Below are positions 36,497 through 45,371 of a DNA stretch of 64,000 nt, in pieces (position 1 is the stretch's first letter; the number at the start of each line of letters is the position of its first letter). The translations under genes were made by a program, and so were the position numbers. The stretch is taken from positions 5,145 to 69,144 of the forward strand of contig JAFQPM010000005.1 of the NCBI GenBank assembly GCA_017411745.1, given 5' to 3'. The notes under the pieces are model-generated. The model was not told where the DNA came from. It saw only the letters and a list, made by a program, of their open reading frames with translations, and made no database searches. Origin of the DNA: Clostridia bacterium (GTDB lineage: Bacteria; Bacillota; Clostridia; Oscillospirales; CAG-272).

Positions 36497-37759
36497 TCAA
36501 TAATTATTTCTCTTACGCTTTCTGATGCCGAAGAAGGTGACGAAGCCGACGAGCGAGCCGACGATCACTATACAGATGATATAGATCGTGGGGCTTACGT
36601 CGATATCCGATTTCAGCTCCTCCCAGAGCTCATTGATAAGGGCGAGCTTTTCGGGGGTGAGGTTTTCGTAATAGGTTGCTTCAACGTGGCCAAGGTCATA
36701 CATTTTTTCAAAGGCGTCGTCCTTGATCTCGTTCATATAGTCACGGTATTCCTCGCTCTCAACGACCTTTGCGTTGGGAGAGGCGTAATAGGTATATTCG
36801 GCGTTTGCTATTGCGGGAGCGCCGTATTTTTCATCTATGCTGAGCATAAAGTTGATGTATCGCTCTGCCACCGTTTTATTCGCGGAGGTCTTGGGGATAC
36901 ACATAGCGTCGACGTAGAGGTTTGTACCCTCGGAGGGGTAGAAAAAGTCGAGGCTCTCGTTGTTTTCGTACATAGCCAGGAAGTCGCCTGCATAGTATGC
37001 CGCGATCGCAGCACTTCCGCCCTCCATCTTGTTGAATATCTCGTCCATGACATAGCCCTGAACGATATTCTTTTGAGCCTTGAGCTCCTCGAGCGCGCGT
37101 CTCCACTCGGCTTCGTTGTCGGTGTTGACGTCGATTCCAAGCTTATACTGAGCGGTGCCGAGCGCGTCGCGGGAGTTGTTGAATTGCAGAATGTTGCCCT
37201 TGTACTTTTCGTTCCACATAATATCCCACGAGCCGATATCCTCCTCGTCTACCATGTCGGTATTATAGATGATACCGATCATTCCGTAGAAATAGGGGAC
37301 GGAGTATACGCTGCCCTCGTCGTAGTAGTCGTACTTGGCATTCTCGCCGAAGAACTCGGAGTCGAGATTTTCCTTTGCCAAGGGGATATTATCGTAATTA
37401 AGCGGAGCGAGCTTGTCCTCCTTGATGAGTCGCTCGATCATATAGTCCGAGGGGACTATAATATCGTAGCTGACTGCGCCGCCCGAGAGCTTGGCGTACA
37501 TATCCTCATTGGAGGAGTAGGTCGAATAGCTGACCTTGACTCTTTCGCCGAAGGTGTCGAAGTACCATTTTTCAAACTGCTCGTTGGAGTCTACCGAATC
37601 CTCGCTTCCGTCGGAGATATATTCTCCCCAGTTGTAGACGTAGAGCGTAGTCACGTCACCGCCGTCGTTTGCCTTGTCACAGGCAAAGAGGCAACAGCAG
37701 GATGCGGCAAGGATTGCGAGAAGGAGCAGTGCGGAGATGATTTTTTTGATATTTTTCAT
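36497..37759 (-). CDS. potD: Spermidine/putrescine ABC transporter substrate-binding lipoprotein with an extra C-terminal TM helix
   Basis: Lipobox LFAC; LYVYNWGEYISDG and the PotD-like body. C-terminus PTIYIICIVIVGSLVGFVTFFGIRKRKRNNY. Confidence 0.86.
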   Translation of the reverse strand: MKNIKKIISALLLLAILAASCCCLFACDKANDGGDVTTLYVYNWGEYISDGSEDSVDSNEQFEKWYFDTFGERVKVSYSTYSSNEDMYAKLSGGAVSYDIIVPSDYMIERLIKEDKLAPLNYDNIPLAKENLDSEFFGENAKYDYYDEGSVYSVPYFYGMIGIIYNTDMVDEEDIGSWDIMWNEKYKGNILQFNNSRDALGTAQYKLGIDVNTDNEAEWRRALEELKAQKNIVQGYVMDEIFNKMEGGSAAIAAYYAGDFLAMYENNESLDFFYPSEGTNLYVDAMCIPKTSANKTVAERYINFMLSIDEKYGAPAIANAEYTYYASPNAKVVESEEYRDYMNEIKDDAFEKMYDLGHVEATYYENLTPEKLALINELWEELKSDIDVSPTIYIICIVIVGSLVGFVTFFGIRKRKRNNY

Positions 37760-38572
37760 TTACGCCACCCCATTTCTCTTTTTCTTCTTGTTGACCGAGC
37801 CCGTAAAGTTGACTGCGAGCAGGATCGCAAGAATGATTGCTACGATAAGGGCGCAGAGCGCGTACATACTGAACTTGACGTTGTGTACGGTCTGGTTATA
37901 AACGTAGAGAGGAAGTGTCTGGAAATTCGGCGAGCTTACGAAATGGCTGATGACGAAGTCGTCGAGCGAGAGCGTGAAGCTCATCATAAGCGCCGATACG
38001 ATGCCGGGCACTATTTCGGGAAGCTCTACCGAGAAGAATGCGCGGGCGGGAGTACATCCCAGATCCTGTGCCGCTTCGGAGAGCGATTTATCAAGCTGAT
38101 TGAATCTCGGCATAATGGAGAGCAGAGCATAGGGCAGGTTGAAGGTAGTGTGCGCTATGAGCATTGTTCCGAAGCCGAAGAATTGCTTTGCGCCAATGAA
38201 ATTGGCTACCGCCACGAAGAGCAGCATCATAGATACGCCCGTGACGATATCGGGGTTCATCATAGGTATGTTGGTGACCGATTTGACCGCGCCCTTGACA
38301 TACTTGTTTCTCATGTGGTGAAGTCCGAGCGCCGCAAAGGTTGCTATGCCCGTTGCTATGACCGAGGAGCAGACCGCGAGAATAAGAGAGTTCTTCAGTG
38401 CGGTCAGAGCCTCTTCGTCGCGGAAGAGCTCGCCGTACCATTTGAGCGATATGCCCGTGAACTCACTGAGCGAGCCGCCGTCGTTAAACGAGAAAACGAT
38501 GAGCACCACGATGGGCGCGTAGAGCAGGGCGAATATGATGAACATATAGAATTTTGACAGGAATTTCATCAT
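37760..38572 (-). CDS. potC: Spermidine/putrescine ABC transporter permease
   Basis: Six-TM permease with an EAA-like loop (LSEAAQDLGCTPARAFFSVELP). The ATG at 38572 overlaps the potB stop (ATGA). Confidence 0.9.
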   Translation of the reverse strand: MMKFLSKFYMFIIFALLYAPIVVLIVFSFNDGGSLSEFTGISLKWYGELFRDEEALTALKNSLILAVCSSVIATGIATFAALGLHHMRNKYVKGAVKSVTNIPMMNPDIVTGVSMMLLFVAVANFIGAKQFFGFGTMLIAHTTFNLPYALLSIMPRFNQLDKSLSEAAQDLGCTPARAFFSVELPEIVPGIVSALMMSFTLSLDDFVISHFVSSPNFQTLPLYVYNQTVHNVKFSMYALCALIVAIILAILLAVNFTGSVNKKKKRNGVA

Positions 38573-39387
38573 ATGATCACACCTCCTTCGTCGTCGGAGA
38601 ACTTGTTCATTATCCATACCGAAATGAGAATGAGTATCATCATAACGAGGGAAATGACTGCGCCGACGTTATAGGTGCTGGTGTTCTGGAAGAGTCGCTC
38701 GATGGTGTCACCTATGAGGTCGATCTTACCTGCGCCGAGCTTCTGCGAGATGTAGAAGGTGCTGATAGAGGGTACGAATACCATGGTCACGCCCGAGACG
38801 ATTCCCGATGCGGTGAGGGGAAGGACGACCTTTGTCATAGTCTGGATATTGTTACAGCCGAGGTCGTGCGCCGCCTCAATATAGCGTTTGTCGAGCTTTG
38901 TTATCGACGTGAAGATCGGCAATACCATATATGGCAGGAAGTCGTAGACCATACCGAGAATAACGCCGAAATCCGAGCCTACGATGCGGAGCTTGTCAAG
39001 TCCCATGCTCTCAAGGAAGGAGTTAAGCAGTCCTCCGTTGTCGAGCAGAGCCATAAGCGCGTAGGTGCGGATAAGCAGGTTGCACCACATAGGGAGCATT
39101 ATAAGCACCATAAGCAGCTTTTGAGTTTTTGGCTTGCTTCTCGCCATAAAATACGCGAGGGGATAGCCGATAAGCAGGCAGATCACGGTCGCTATCAATG
39201 CAAACGCGATCGACAGGACGAACACGTTGCCGTACTGCGAGAGCGTTGATATATTTGAAAGGGAAAAATGTCCGTCCTCGGTAAATGCGAAGTAGAGGAC
39301 GAACAGCATCGGCGCCACGATAAACAGGACCATCCATACGATGTGTGGAGCCGCCGCCATTTTCTGAAAGAGCGAGCCTTTTTTCAT
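38569..39387 (-). CDS. potB: Spermidine/putrescine ABC transporter permease
   Basis: Permease with EAA loop ([22 protein letters not shown]). Overlaps the potA stop. Confidence 0.9.
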   Translation of the reverse strand: MKKGSLFQKMAAAPHIVWMVLFIVAPMLFVLYFAFTEDGHFSLSNISTLSQYGNVFVLSIAFALIATVICLLIGYPLAYFMARSKPKTQKLLMVLIMLPMWCNLLIRTYALMALLDNGGLLNSFLESMGLDKLRIVGSDFGVILGMVYDFLPYMVLPIFTSITKLDKRYIEAAHDLGCNNIQTMTKVVLPLTASGIVSGVTMVFVPSISTFYISQKLGAGKIDLIGDTIERLFQNTSTYNVGAVISLVMMILILISVWIMNKFSDDEGGVII

Positions 39388-40520
39388 TCCTCTCCCTCCT
39401 CCTCTTCGGGCTCGGTGGGATCGGCAAGCTGGTCAAGCTCGTCCGAGAATGAGGAATAGTCGCCGAACATACCCGAGAATTCGGACTTGTTCATAATATG
39501 TATTGCTTCGGGCTCGATGAAAAGACCGATATGCTCGCCTTCTGCTACGAAATCGGTGGTCTGTATCATCCACTTGAAGCCGTTGATATCAACGATGATC
39601 TCCCAGTGCACGCCCTTGAAGGTCACCGAGGTGACGGTGCCCTGAAGCATGCCCTTATCGGATGAGACCACGTCAACATCCTCGGGGCGTACTACTACGT
39701 CGACCTTCTGATTCTTTTCAAATCCGGCGTCGACACACTCGAAGGTGTGGCCCGAGAAGCGAACCTTGTAGTCCTCGAGCATAATTCCGTCGACGATGTT
39801 ACTCTCGCCGATGAAGTCTGCGACGAATGCGTTTTCGGGCTCGTTGTATATGTCGGTAGGAGAGCCTATCTGCTGTATCTGTCCGTTTGCCATAACTACG
39901 ACGGTATCGGACATAGAGAGGGCTTCCTCCTGATCGTGAGTGACGTATATAAAGGTGATTCCCGTTGCCTTCTGGATCTTTTTGAGCTCGTTCTGCATGT
40001 CCTTGCGGAGCTTGAGGTCGAGCGCACCGAGAGGCTCGTCGAGAAGGAGCACCTCGGGCTCGTTTATAAGCGCTCTTGCGATCGCAACTCTTTGCTGCTG
40101 ACCGCCCGAAAGGGTGCTTACACGACGGCGCTCGAAGCCCTTGAGGTTGACCATGGAGAGCATTTCCTTTACCTTTGCTCGAATAGTATCCTCGGGAGTC
40201 TTTTTAAGACGCAAACCGAAGGCTACGTTTTCAAACACGTTAAGGTGAGGGAAGAGCGCGTATTTCTGGAAGACCGTGTTTACAGGTCTTTGATGAGGGG
40301 GAACGCCTTTGACGCTTTTGCCGTCAAACTTTACGTCGCCCGTGTCTGCGGTCTCAAAGCCGCCTATTATACGCAGAGTCGTGGTCTTACCGCAGCCCGA
40401 GGGACCGAGCAGAGTCACGAATTCTTTGTCGTGGATCTTGAGGTTGATGTGGTCGAGAACTATCTCGCCATCAAAGGATTTTGACACATCAGTCAGGTCG
40501 ATGATTACTTCTTTTTCCAT
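39384..40520 (-). CDS. potA: Spermidine/putrescine ABC transporter ATP-binding protein
   Basis: Walker [10 protein letters not shown], signature [15 protein letters not shown], Walker [12 protein letters not shown]. Has an acidic C-terminal tail. Confidence 0.93.
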   Translation of the reverse strand: MEKEVIIDLTDVSKSFDGEIVLDHINLKIHDKEFVTLLGPSGCGKTTTLRIIGGFETADTGDVKFDGKSVKGVPPHQRPVNTVFQKYALFPHLNVFENVAFGLRLKKTPEDTIRAKVKEMLSMVNLKGFERRRVSTLSGGQQQRVAIARALINEPEVLLLDEPLGALDLKLRKDMQNELKKIQKATGITFIYVTHDQEEALSMSDTVVVMANGQIQQIGSPTDIYNEPENAFVADFIGESNIVDGIMLEDYKVRFSGHTFECVDAGFEKNQKVDVVVRPEDVDVVSSDKGMLQGTVTSVTFKGVHWEIIVDINGFKWMIQTTDFVAEGEHIGLFIEPEAIHIMNKSEFSGMFGDYSSFSDELDQLADPTEPEEEEGEE

Positions 40521-40724
40521 TACACATAAAAACTCCTTTTAAAATCTGAGATTAGCGTTCCCCTTGTCTGAAAATAAGCTTTTCCGATAAGGGTCTCGCC
40601 GAAATTTTTGATGCGTTTTCCGACAATGTGTGGCGCGCAGGTCTTGCCTTGCCGTTTCCGTCTTAGAACGACAGATACTTCCTTTTATCGTTCAAAGTAT
40701 AATAAGGACAGTATAACAGCATAC

Positions 40725-40753
40725 ATTTTATCATAAATTTACACTAATTGCAA
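40725..40753 (-). promoter_or_regulatory. Candidate sigma-A promoter of potABCD (TTGCAA-17-TAAAAT)
   Basis: On the minus strand: TTGCAA (40753-40748), 17-nt spacer, TAAAAT (40730-40725). This leaves a leader of about 200 nt. Confidence 0.5.
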
Positions 40754-40906
40754 TAGGTTTTAAAAAATTTCTCCAAAAATCACGGTTTTTTGTGAAAAAT
40801 CCAAAAAAATCGGCATCAGTTGCGAGTTTTTGAGATTATTTTTGAAAAATCTCCAAATTTCTCGCTTAATCTCTCTTATTCTCACAAATTTAAAAAATAA
40901 CTCGCT

Positions 40907-40941
40907 AAAAAAATGAATATTTTTGTGAATATTCATTTTTT
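40907..40941 (-). terminator. A/T-rich hairpin terminator after the cysteine desulfurase gene
   Basis: aaaaatgaatat / atattcattttt arms with a T-run on the minus strand. The stem is weak (A/T only). Confidence 0.55.
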
Positions 40942-40956
40942 CAGTTGTGTATTGAA

Positions 40957-42120
40957 TTAAACGCGGTACTGCCTGACTATATCGCGGATCGTAAGGCTGA
41001 GGCTTTCGACCTCTTTTTCGGTGTTGAAGATGCCAAATCCGATTCGGACCGCGCCGCCCTCGGCAGTTCCGAGCGCCTTATGGGCGAGAGGAGAGCAGTG
41101 GTAGCCTGTGCGCAGACAAAAGCCGCGGTCGGAGAGCAGTGCGCCCACGTCGTCGGCGGGGATGCCGTTTATATTGAAGAGTAGGACGCTGCCCTCGGTG
41201 TCGTCGTAGATCGTCAGATCCTTGATGGAGGAGAGACGGTCGTAGGTCTGACGCCAGAGCCTGCGCTCGTGATTTTGTATAGTATGAAGTCCGAAGCTTC
41301 TGATGAATTCGATGCCCGATACAAGACCTGCTATGGCCGGGGTGCAAAGCGTGCCGCCCTCGTACCTTTCGGGGCTTTCGTTGCCCATTGAGAGCTCGAG
41401 CGAGTTGACTCCGTTGCCGCCCTCGGTGAGAGTTGCGAGCTTTTGAAGCCCCTTTCGCATTATCATTATGCCGCAGCCCTGGGGGGAATAGAGTCCTTTA
41501 TGGGCGGGGAGGCAGAGAATATCGATGCAGTCCTTTTCCATATTTATCGGCAGGTGTCCTGCGGATTGGGCAGCGTCAACGCAGAAAAGAATTCCGTGGC
41601 GGCGGCAGAATTCTCCGATCTCGCGAATGGGGAGGGAATAGGAGCAGATATTTGACGAGTGGATGCAGGTCAGCATTTTCGTGTCCTTGCGAAGCTTGGA
41701 GATTATGTTCGTTATGATCTCCTTTGGGGTCAGAGGCTTTGTTTTGTCGTAAGCCTTGAAGATATCGTAGCGCAGCACGTTATCCCTTGCCATTTTTGCC
41801 GCGGGGCGCAGTACGGAGTTGTGCTCCATATTGCTGATTAGCATATGGCCGCCGCCACTCATCACACCCTTTATCGCCATATTGAGCGCATAGGTTGTAT
41901 TGAGTGTGAAGACAACGTTTTCGGGCGAGCTGCCGAAGAAATCGGCGACGGATTCTCTTGCCTCAAAAACCTTTTCGGCGCTCATCATGGCGATCGGGTG
42001 AGATCCGCGCCCTGCGTTTCCGCAATATTCGCTCATACATTCATAGGCTGCGTTCAGTACGCTTTGAGGCTTTGGAAAGGTGGTGGCGGCGTTGTCGAAA
42101 TATACGATGTTTGGTTGCAT
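40957..42120 (-). CDS. Class-V aminotransferase / cysteine desulfurase (NifS/Csd-like)
   Basis: YFDNAATTFPKP; PLP-Lys block LPAHKGLYSPQGCG; active-site RTGYHCSPLAH. GAGGAG RBS before ATG 42120. The track ORF extension to 42279 runs into the structured element. Confidence 0.87.
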   Translation of the reverse strand: MQPNIVYFDNAATTFPKPQSVLNAAYECMSEYCGNAGRGSHPIAMMSAEKVFEARESVADFFGSSPENVVFTLNTTYALNMAIKGVMSGGGHMLISNMEHNSVLRPAAKMARDNVLRYDIFKAYDKTKPLTPKEIITNIISKLRKDTKMLTCIHSSNICSYSLPIREIGEFCRRHGILFCVDAAQSAGHLPINMEKDCIDILCLPAHKGLYSPQGCGIMIMRKGLQKLATLTEGGNGVNSLELSMGNESPERYEGGTLCTPAIAGLVSGIEFIRSFGLHTIQNHERRLWRQTYDRLSSIKDLTIYDDTEGSVLLFNINGIPADDVGALLSDRGFCLRTGYHCSPLAHKALGTAEGGAVRIGFGIFNTEKEVESLSLTIRDIVRQYRV

Positions 42121-42215
42121 TTGGAGGACTCCTCTCGTGAATTTTTGTGTGAAGGGCTCTGTTACATAGAATGGTTGATTATTGGAATTTTGCGGTAAAT
42201 TGGAGTTTGTCGGGG

Positions 42216-42408
42216 AAAAAGCCTTCCCTTGTGAGGGAAGGGGGACCAACGGAGTTGGTGGATGAGTAGAATACGCCACCGTGTCTACCGTTGAACACGC
42301 GTGAGCAAGATAAACTACATCGTAAAAATTTTTCTACCAGAGACGGTTAAAATCGTTAGTCTTCTACTCATCCGTCGCTACGCGCCACCTTCCCTCACAA
42401 GTGAAGGC
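42216..42408 (-). ncRNA. Candidate structured RNA: ~190-nt rod-like inverted-repeat element ending in an intrinsic terminator (cis-regulatory leader or 6S-like sRNA)
   Basis: 21-nt arms at 42221-42241 and 42388-42408 (20/21 complementary). 12-nt arms at 42260-42271 and 42362-42373 (12/12). 9-nt arms at 42278-42286 and 42339-42347 (8/9). On the minus strand the 3' hairpin ccttccct-caca-agggaagg is followed by cttttt. Confidence 0.4.
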
Positions 42409-42523
42409 TTACGCAAAGCGAGGTTTGGCAAAAATTTATAGCCGTGAGGTAATCGTTAAACCACCGACAAATCAAAATTTGAAGAACACAAAAAATTGAT
42501 CATATGCCATGGCAGAGCCGTGT

Positions 42524-42560
42524 AAAAAACGCCCCTCACCGAAGATCTTGGAGAGGGGCG
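42524..42560 (-). terminator. Rho-independent terminator after the DUF3343 gene
   Basis: On the minus strand: cgcccctc...gaggggcg followed by tttttt. Confidence 0.85.
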
Positions 42561-42565
42561 GCCGA

Positions 42566-42811
42566 TCATCGCAGATATTCTTTTACGTCAACTCCCGCGC
42601 TTGCAAGTGCGGAGCGAACGCTAGCGTAGGCGGCGCAATCAAATTCTACGCCGTATATACAGCCCTTGCTTTTACTTCCTATGCCGACCTTGACCACCTT
42701 GGCACGCAAGGCGTTCTTGCCGAGCGCTCTTTGCGCGGTCATTGCCGACGTCATTGAACCCGTCACGGCGGTACATACCGCCTGCGGTCGGTATGATATA
42801 TCGTTTCTCAT
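42566..42811 (-). CDS. DUF3343 (putative Se/S carrier-like) small protein
   Basis: 81 aa. The pattern TGSMTSAMTAQRALGKNALRAKVVKV...SKGCIYGVEF...ALASAGVDVKEY matches the DUF3343 layout with its conserved GC. Confidence 0.68.
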   Translation of the reverse strand: MRNDISYRPQAVCTAVTGSMTSAMTAQRALGKNALRAKVVKVGIGSKSKGCIYGVEFDCAAYASVRSALASAGVDVKEYLR

Positions 42812-43030
42812 GTGGGTCTCCTTGTTTCTGCCGTTTGGTTGTGAGAATTTTCATCCTCGCTATTATTGTATGCGCGAGGGAGAATTTTGACAGCTTTTGT
42901 CGGGAATATGATAATTGATGCCATTTTTTGCAAAGCACTTGATTTTTTTGTTGAGATATAGTATAATTAAATAAATATACGCTAAATTTGATTCGGCACT
43001 GCCAAAAATCAATATAAGTAGGAGATTGTT

Positions 43031-43525
43031 ATGAGCAACGAGAGAGTTTCCAAGCACAATTATTATCTTGATATCGCGCAGACTGTTGCGGAGAGAGCGA
43101 CCTGCATGCGCCGCCATTTCGGTGCTATCATCGTCAAGGACGACGTTATCGTTTCGACGGGCTACAACGGCGCGCCCAGAGGCAGACAGAACTGCACCGA
43201 CATCAACTTCTGCATCAGGGACAAGCTTCAGATCCCTCGCGGAGAGAGATACGAGATGTGCCGTTCGGTTCACGCCGAGGCGAACGCGATCATTGCCGCG
43301 CCCAGAGACAGAATGCTCGGTGCGACGCTTTATATGGTCTGTGTTAACCCCAAGGACAACTCGCTTTACGACGGCACGTCGAGCTGTATGATGTGCAAGC
43401 GCCAGATAATCAACGCGGGTATTGAGACGGTCATCGTGCGCGACACCAAGGACGAATACAGAATTATTCCCGTTTCGAGCTGGATCGAGGACGACGATTC
43501 GCTTTCGGGCAAGTTTGGATATTGA
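43031..43525 (+). CDS. comEB: dCMP deaminase (ComEB-type)
   Basis: Zinc motifs VHAEANAI and SCMMCKRQIINAGI. Confidence 0.9.
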   Translation: MSNERVSKHNYYLDIAQTVAERATCMRRHFGAIIVKDDVIVSTGYNGAPRGRQNCTDINFCIRDKLQIPRGERYEMCRSVHAEANAIIAAPRDRMLGATLYMVCVNPKDNSLYDGTSSCMMCKRQIINAGIETVIVRDTKDEYRIIPVSSWIEDDDSLSGKFGY

Positions 43526-44028
43526 TCAAGGATTTTGGAGATATGGAAGAAAATATTAAGGTTGGCGGCGAGAAAAAGGCGAGAAAGAGGATCTATCCTG
43601 AAAGGCTGACCGTCGACGCGCTTGACGGAGTAGCGGAGCTTGAGAAGCTTTGCTTTAGTCAGCCGTGGAGCCGCAAAAGTCTTGAATTGCTGACGAATGA
43701 AGGCATCGGCGTTGGCATGGTCTGCCGCAAGGACGGGATCGTTTGCGCTTACGGCGGTATGATGTGCGCGGTCGACGAGGGGCAGATAACCAATATCGCT
43801 ACTCATCCCGACCATCGCAGACAAGGCTACGGCAAGGCGGTCGTTGAGGCGCTTATTAAGTACGCTAAGAATAATCATCTTGAGTCGATCTCGCTTGAGG
43901 TCAGGGAATCTAATCGTGCGGCGATAGAGCTTTATTCGGCGCTTGGATTTAAGGTCGAGGGTAAGAGGAAGGATTTTTATACCAAGCCCACGGAGTCGGC
44001 GCTCGTTATGGTGCTGAAGGTTAAGTAA
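43522..44028 (+). CDS. rimI: Ribosomal-protein-alanine N-acetyltransferase (GNAT)
   Basis: GNAT motif HRRQGYGKAVVEAL; position directly upstream of tsaD. Start is uncertain (TTG 43522 or ATG 43543). Confidence 0.78.
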   Translation: MIKDFGDMEENIKVGGEKKARKRIYPERLTVDALDGVAELEKLCFSQPWSRKSLELLTNEGIGVGMVCRKDGIVCAYGGMMCAVDEGQITNIATHPDHRRQGYGKAVVEALIKYAKNNHLESISLEVRESNRAAIELYSALGFKVEGKRKDFYTKPTESALVMVLKVK

Positions 44029-44150
44029 GTGCAGAGTGTGGTGGACTTCAAATTGAAGTGCAACCAAATTTTTGAAAGGTTTTGAAATCCAAAAACTTTT
44101 CCCAAAAGTTTTTGGTGGGGTGCAGGGGTAACGCCCCTGCAAAGAGAATT

Positions 44151-45158
44151 ATGTACATTTTAGGAATGGAAAGCTCCTGCGACGAGACGTCGGCGGCGGT
44201 GGTTGAATACCGTGACGGAGTGTTTGAGATAAAATCGAATATAGTGGCGTCGCAGATCGAGACGCACCGTTTATACGGCGGTGTAGTGCCCGAGATCGCG
44301 AGCAGGGCACACATTGAGGCGGTATCGTCGATCACGACCGAGGCACTTGAAACAGCGGGAATAACGCTTGGAGAGCTTGACTGCGTGGCGGTCACGACGC
44401 ATCCCGGGCTTATCGGCGCGCTTTTGGTTGGGGTCAACTTTGCAAAGTCGCTCGCGTTTGCGAACAATATTCCGCTTGTGTCGGTCAATCACGTGCACGG
44501 ACACGTGGCGGCGGCTTATCTGACAGACAAGACCTTGAAGCCCAAGTTTTTGTCGCTCGTGGTGTCGGGCGGTCACACGTCGATATACGTTTGCGAGGAC
44601 CACAGAACGCTTCGCGAGATCGGTACTACCCGTGACGACGCGGCAGGAGAGGCGTTTGACAAGATCGGGCGCGTGATCGGTATGCCGTACCCCGGCGGCG
44701 CGGCACTTGACAAGCTTGCCTACGAGGGTGACTCAAAGGCGATCAAGCTTCCGTCGCCTGCGCTTATGCACACGCTTGATTTTTCATTCAGCGGTATCAA
44801 GACGGCGGCGCTCAATTACCTCAATTCCGCTTCGCAAAAGGGCGAGCAGATCGTTTGCACGGACGTTGCCGCGTCCTACACCAAGGCGATCGTGGACGCT
44901 ATAGTTAAGCAGACCTCGGCGGCTTTGGACCAGACGGGGCTTGACACGCTCGTGCTTGCGGGCGGCGTTGCGGCTAACTCGCATTTGCGCGCGGCGCTTG
45001 AAAAAATGTGTCAGGGCAGGGGTGTGAAATTTATCGTACCTCCGAGAGAGCTTTGCGGCGACAACGGCGCGATGATCGCGGTTGCGGGCTGCTTTGAGTA
45101 TCTTGGCGGCAAATTCGCAGATACCTCTCTGAACGCTTCGGCTTCGGATGAGATTTGA
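44151..45158 (+). CDS. tsaD: tRNA N6-adenosine threonylcarbamoyltransferase
   Basis: ILGMESSCDETSAAVV, VNHVHGHVAAAY, GGVAANSHLR. The ATG at 44151 is internal to track ORF 44082-45158. Confidence 0.95.
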   Translation: MYILGMESSCDETSAAVVEYRDGVFEIKSNIVASQIETHRLYGGVVPEIASRAHIEAVSSITTEALETAGITLGELDCVAVTTHPGLIGALLVGVNFAKSLAFANNIPLVSVNHVHGHVAAAYLTDKTLKPKFLSLVVSGGHTSIYVCEDHRTLREIGTTRDDAAGEAFDKIGRVIGMPYPGGAALDKLAYEGDSKAIKLPSPALMHTLDFSFSGIKTAALNYLNSASQKGEQIVCTDVAASYTKAIVDAIVKQTSAALDQTGLDTLVLAGGVAANSHLRAALEKMCQGRGVKFIVPPRELCGDNGAMIAVAGCFEYLGGKFADTSLNASASDEI

Positions 45159-45208
45159 TGGCTCGAACAGAGGTTCAGTTTTGTGTTTCCAGGTGTTTTC
45201 AACACAGG

Positions 45209-45371
45209 TTTTCCACAGATGTGGAAAAGCGCAAAACCCAGATGACTTTTTTCGACAAATATGTATAAATATTCGTCGGTGAGGTTTTGATTTCCTTTAT
45301 TTGTCAATGATTTTTGTGGATAAGTTTGTGGAAACTGTGGATTAATCGAACGCTTGAACGGCTGTGGAAAA
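45209..45371. promoter_or_regulatory. Cluster of six DnaA-box-like 9-mers
   Basis: TTTTCCACA 45209-45217; TGTGGAAAA 45220-45228; TGTGGATAA (perfect) 45315-45323; TGTGGAAAC 45327-45335; TGTGGATTA 45336-45344; TGTGGAAAA 45363-45371. Consensus is TTATCCACA / TGTGGATAA. Confidence 0.75.

Noticed and set aside
36443-38557. 704-aa plus-strand ORF antisense to potD and potC
   Set aside because: It spans two well-supported ABC transporter genes on the opposite strand, begins inside a terminator palindrome, and has a shadow-frame composition.
42121-42279. 53-codon N-terminal extension of the cysteine desulfurase ORF (MAYSTHPPTPLVPLPSQGK...)
   Set aside because: The extension is Pro/Asn/Ser-rich and runs into the terminator hairpin. 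A GAGGAG RBS precedes the internal ATG at 42120, which aligns with the canonical YFDNAATT N-terminus.
42216-42408. T-box riboswitch upstream of the cysteine desulfurase
   Set aside because: GGTGGCG occurs twice. However, the conserved T-box 14-mer (AGGGUGGNACCGCG), the specifier-loop/GA-motif architecture and the Stem I distal motifs are not recognisable. The element is kept as an unclassified structured-RNA candidate.
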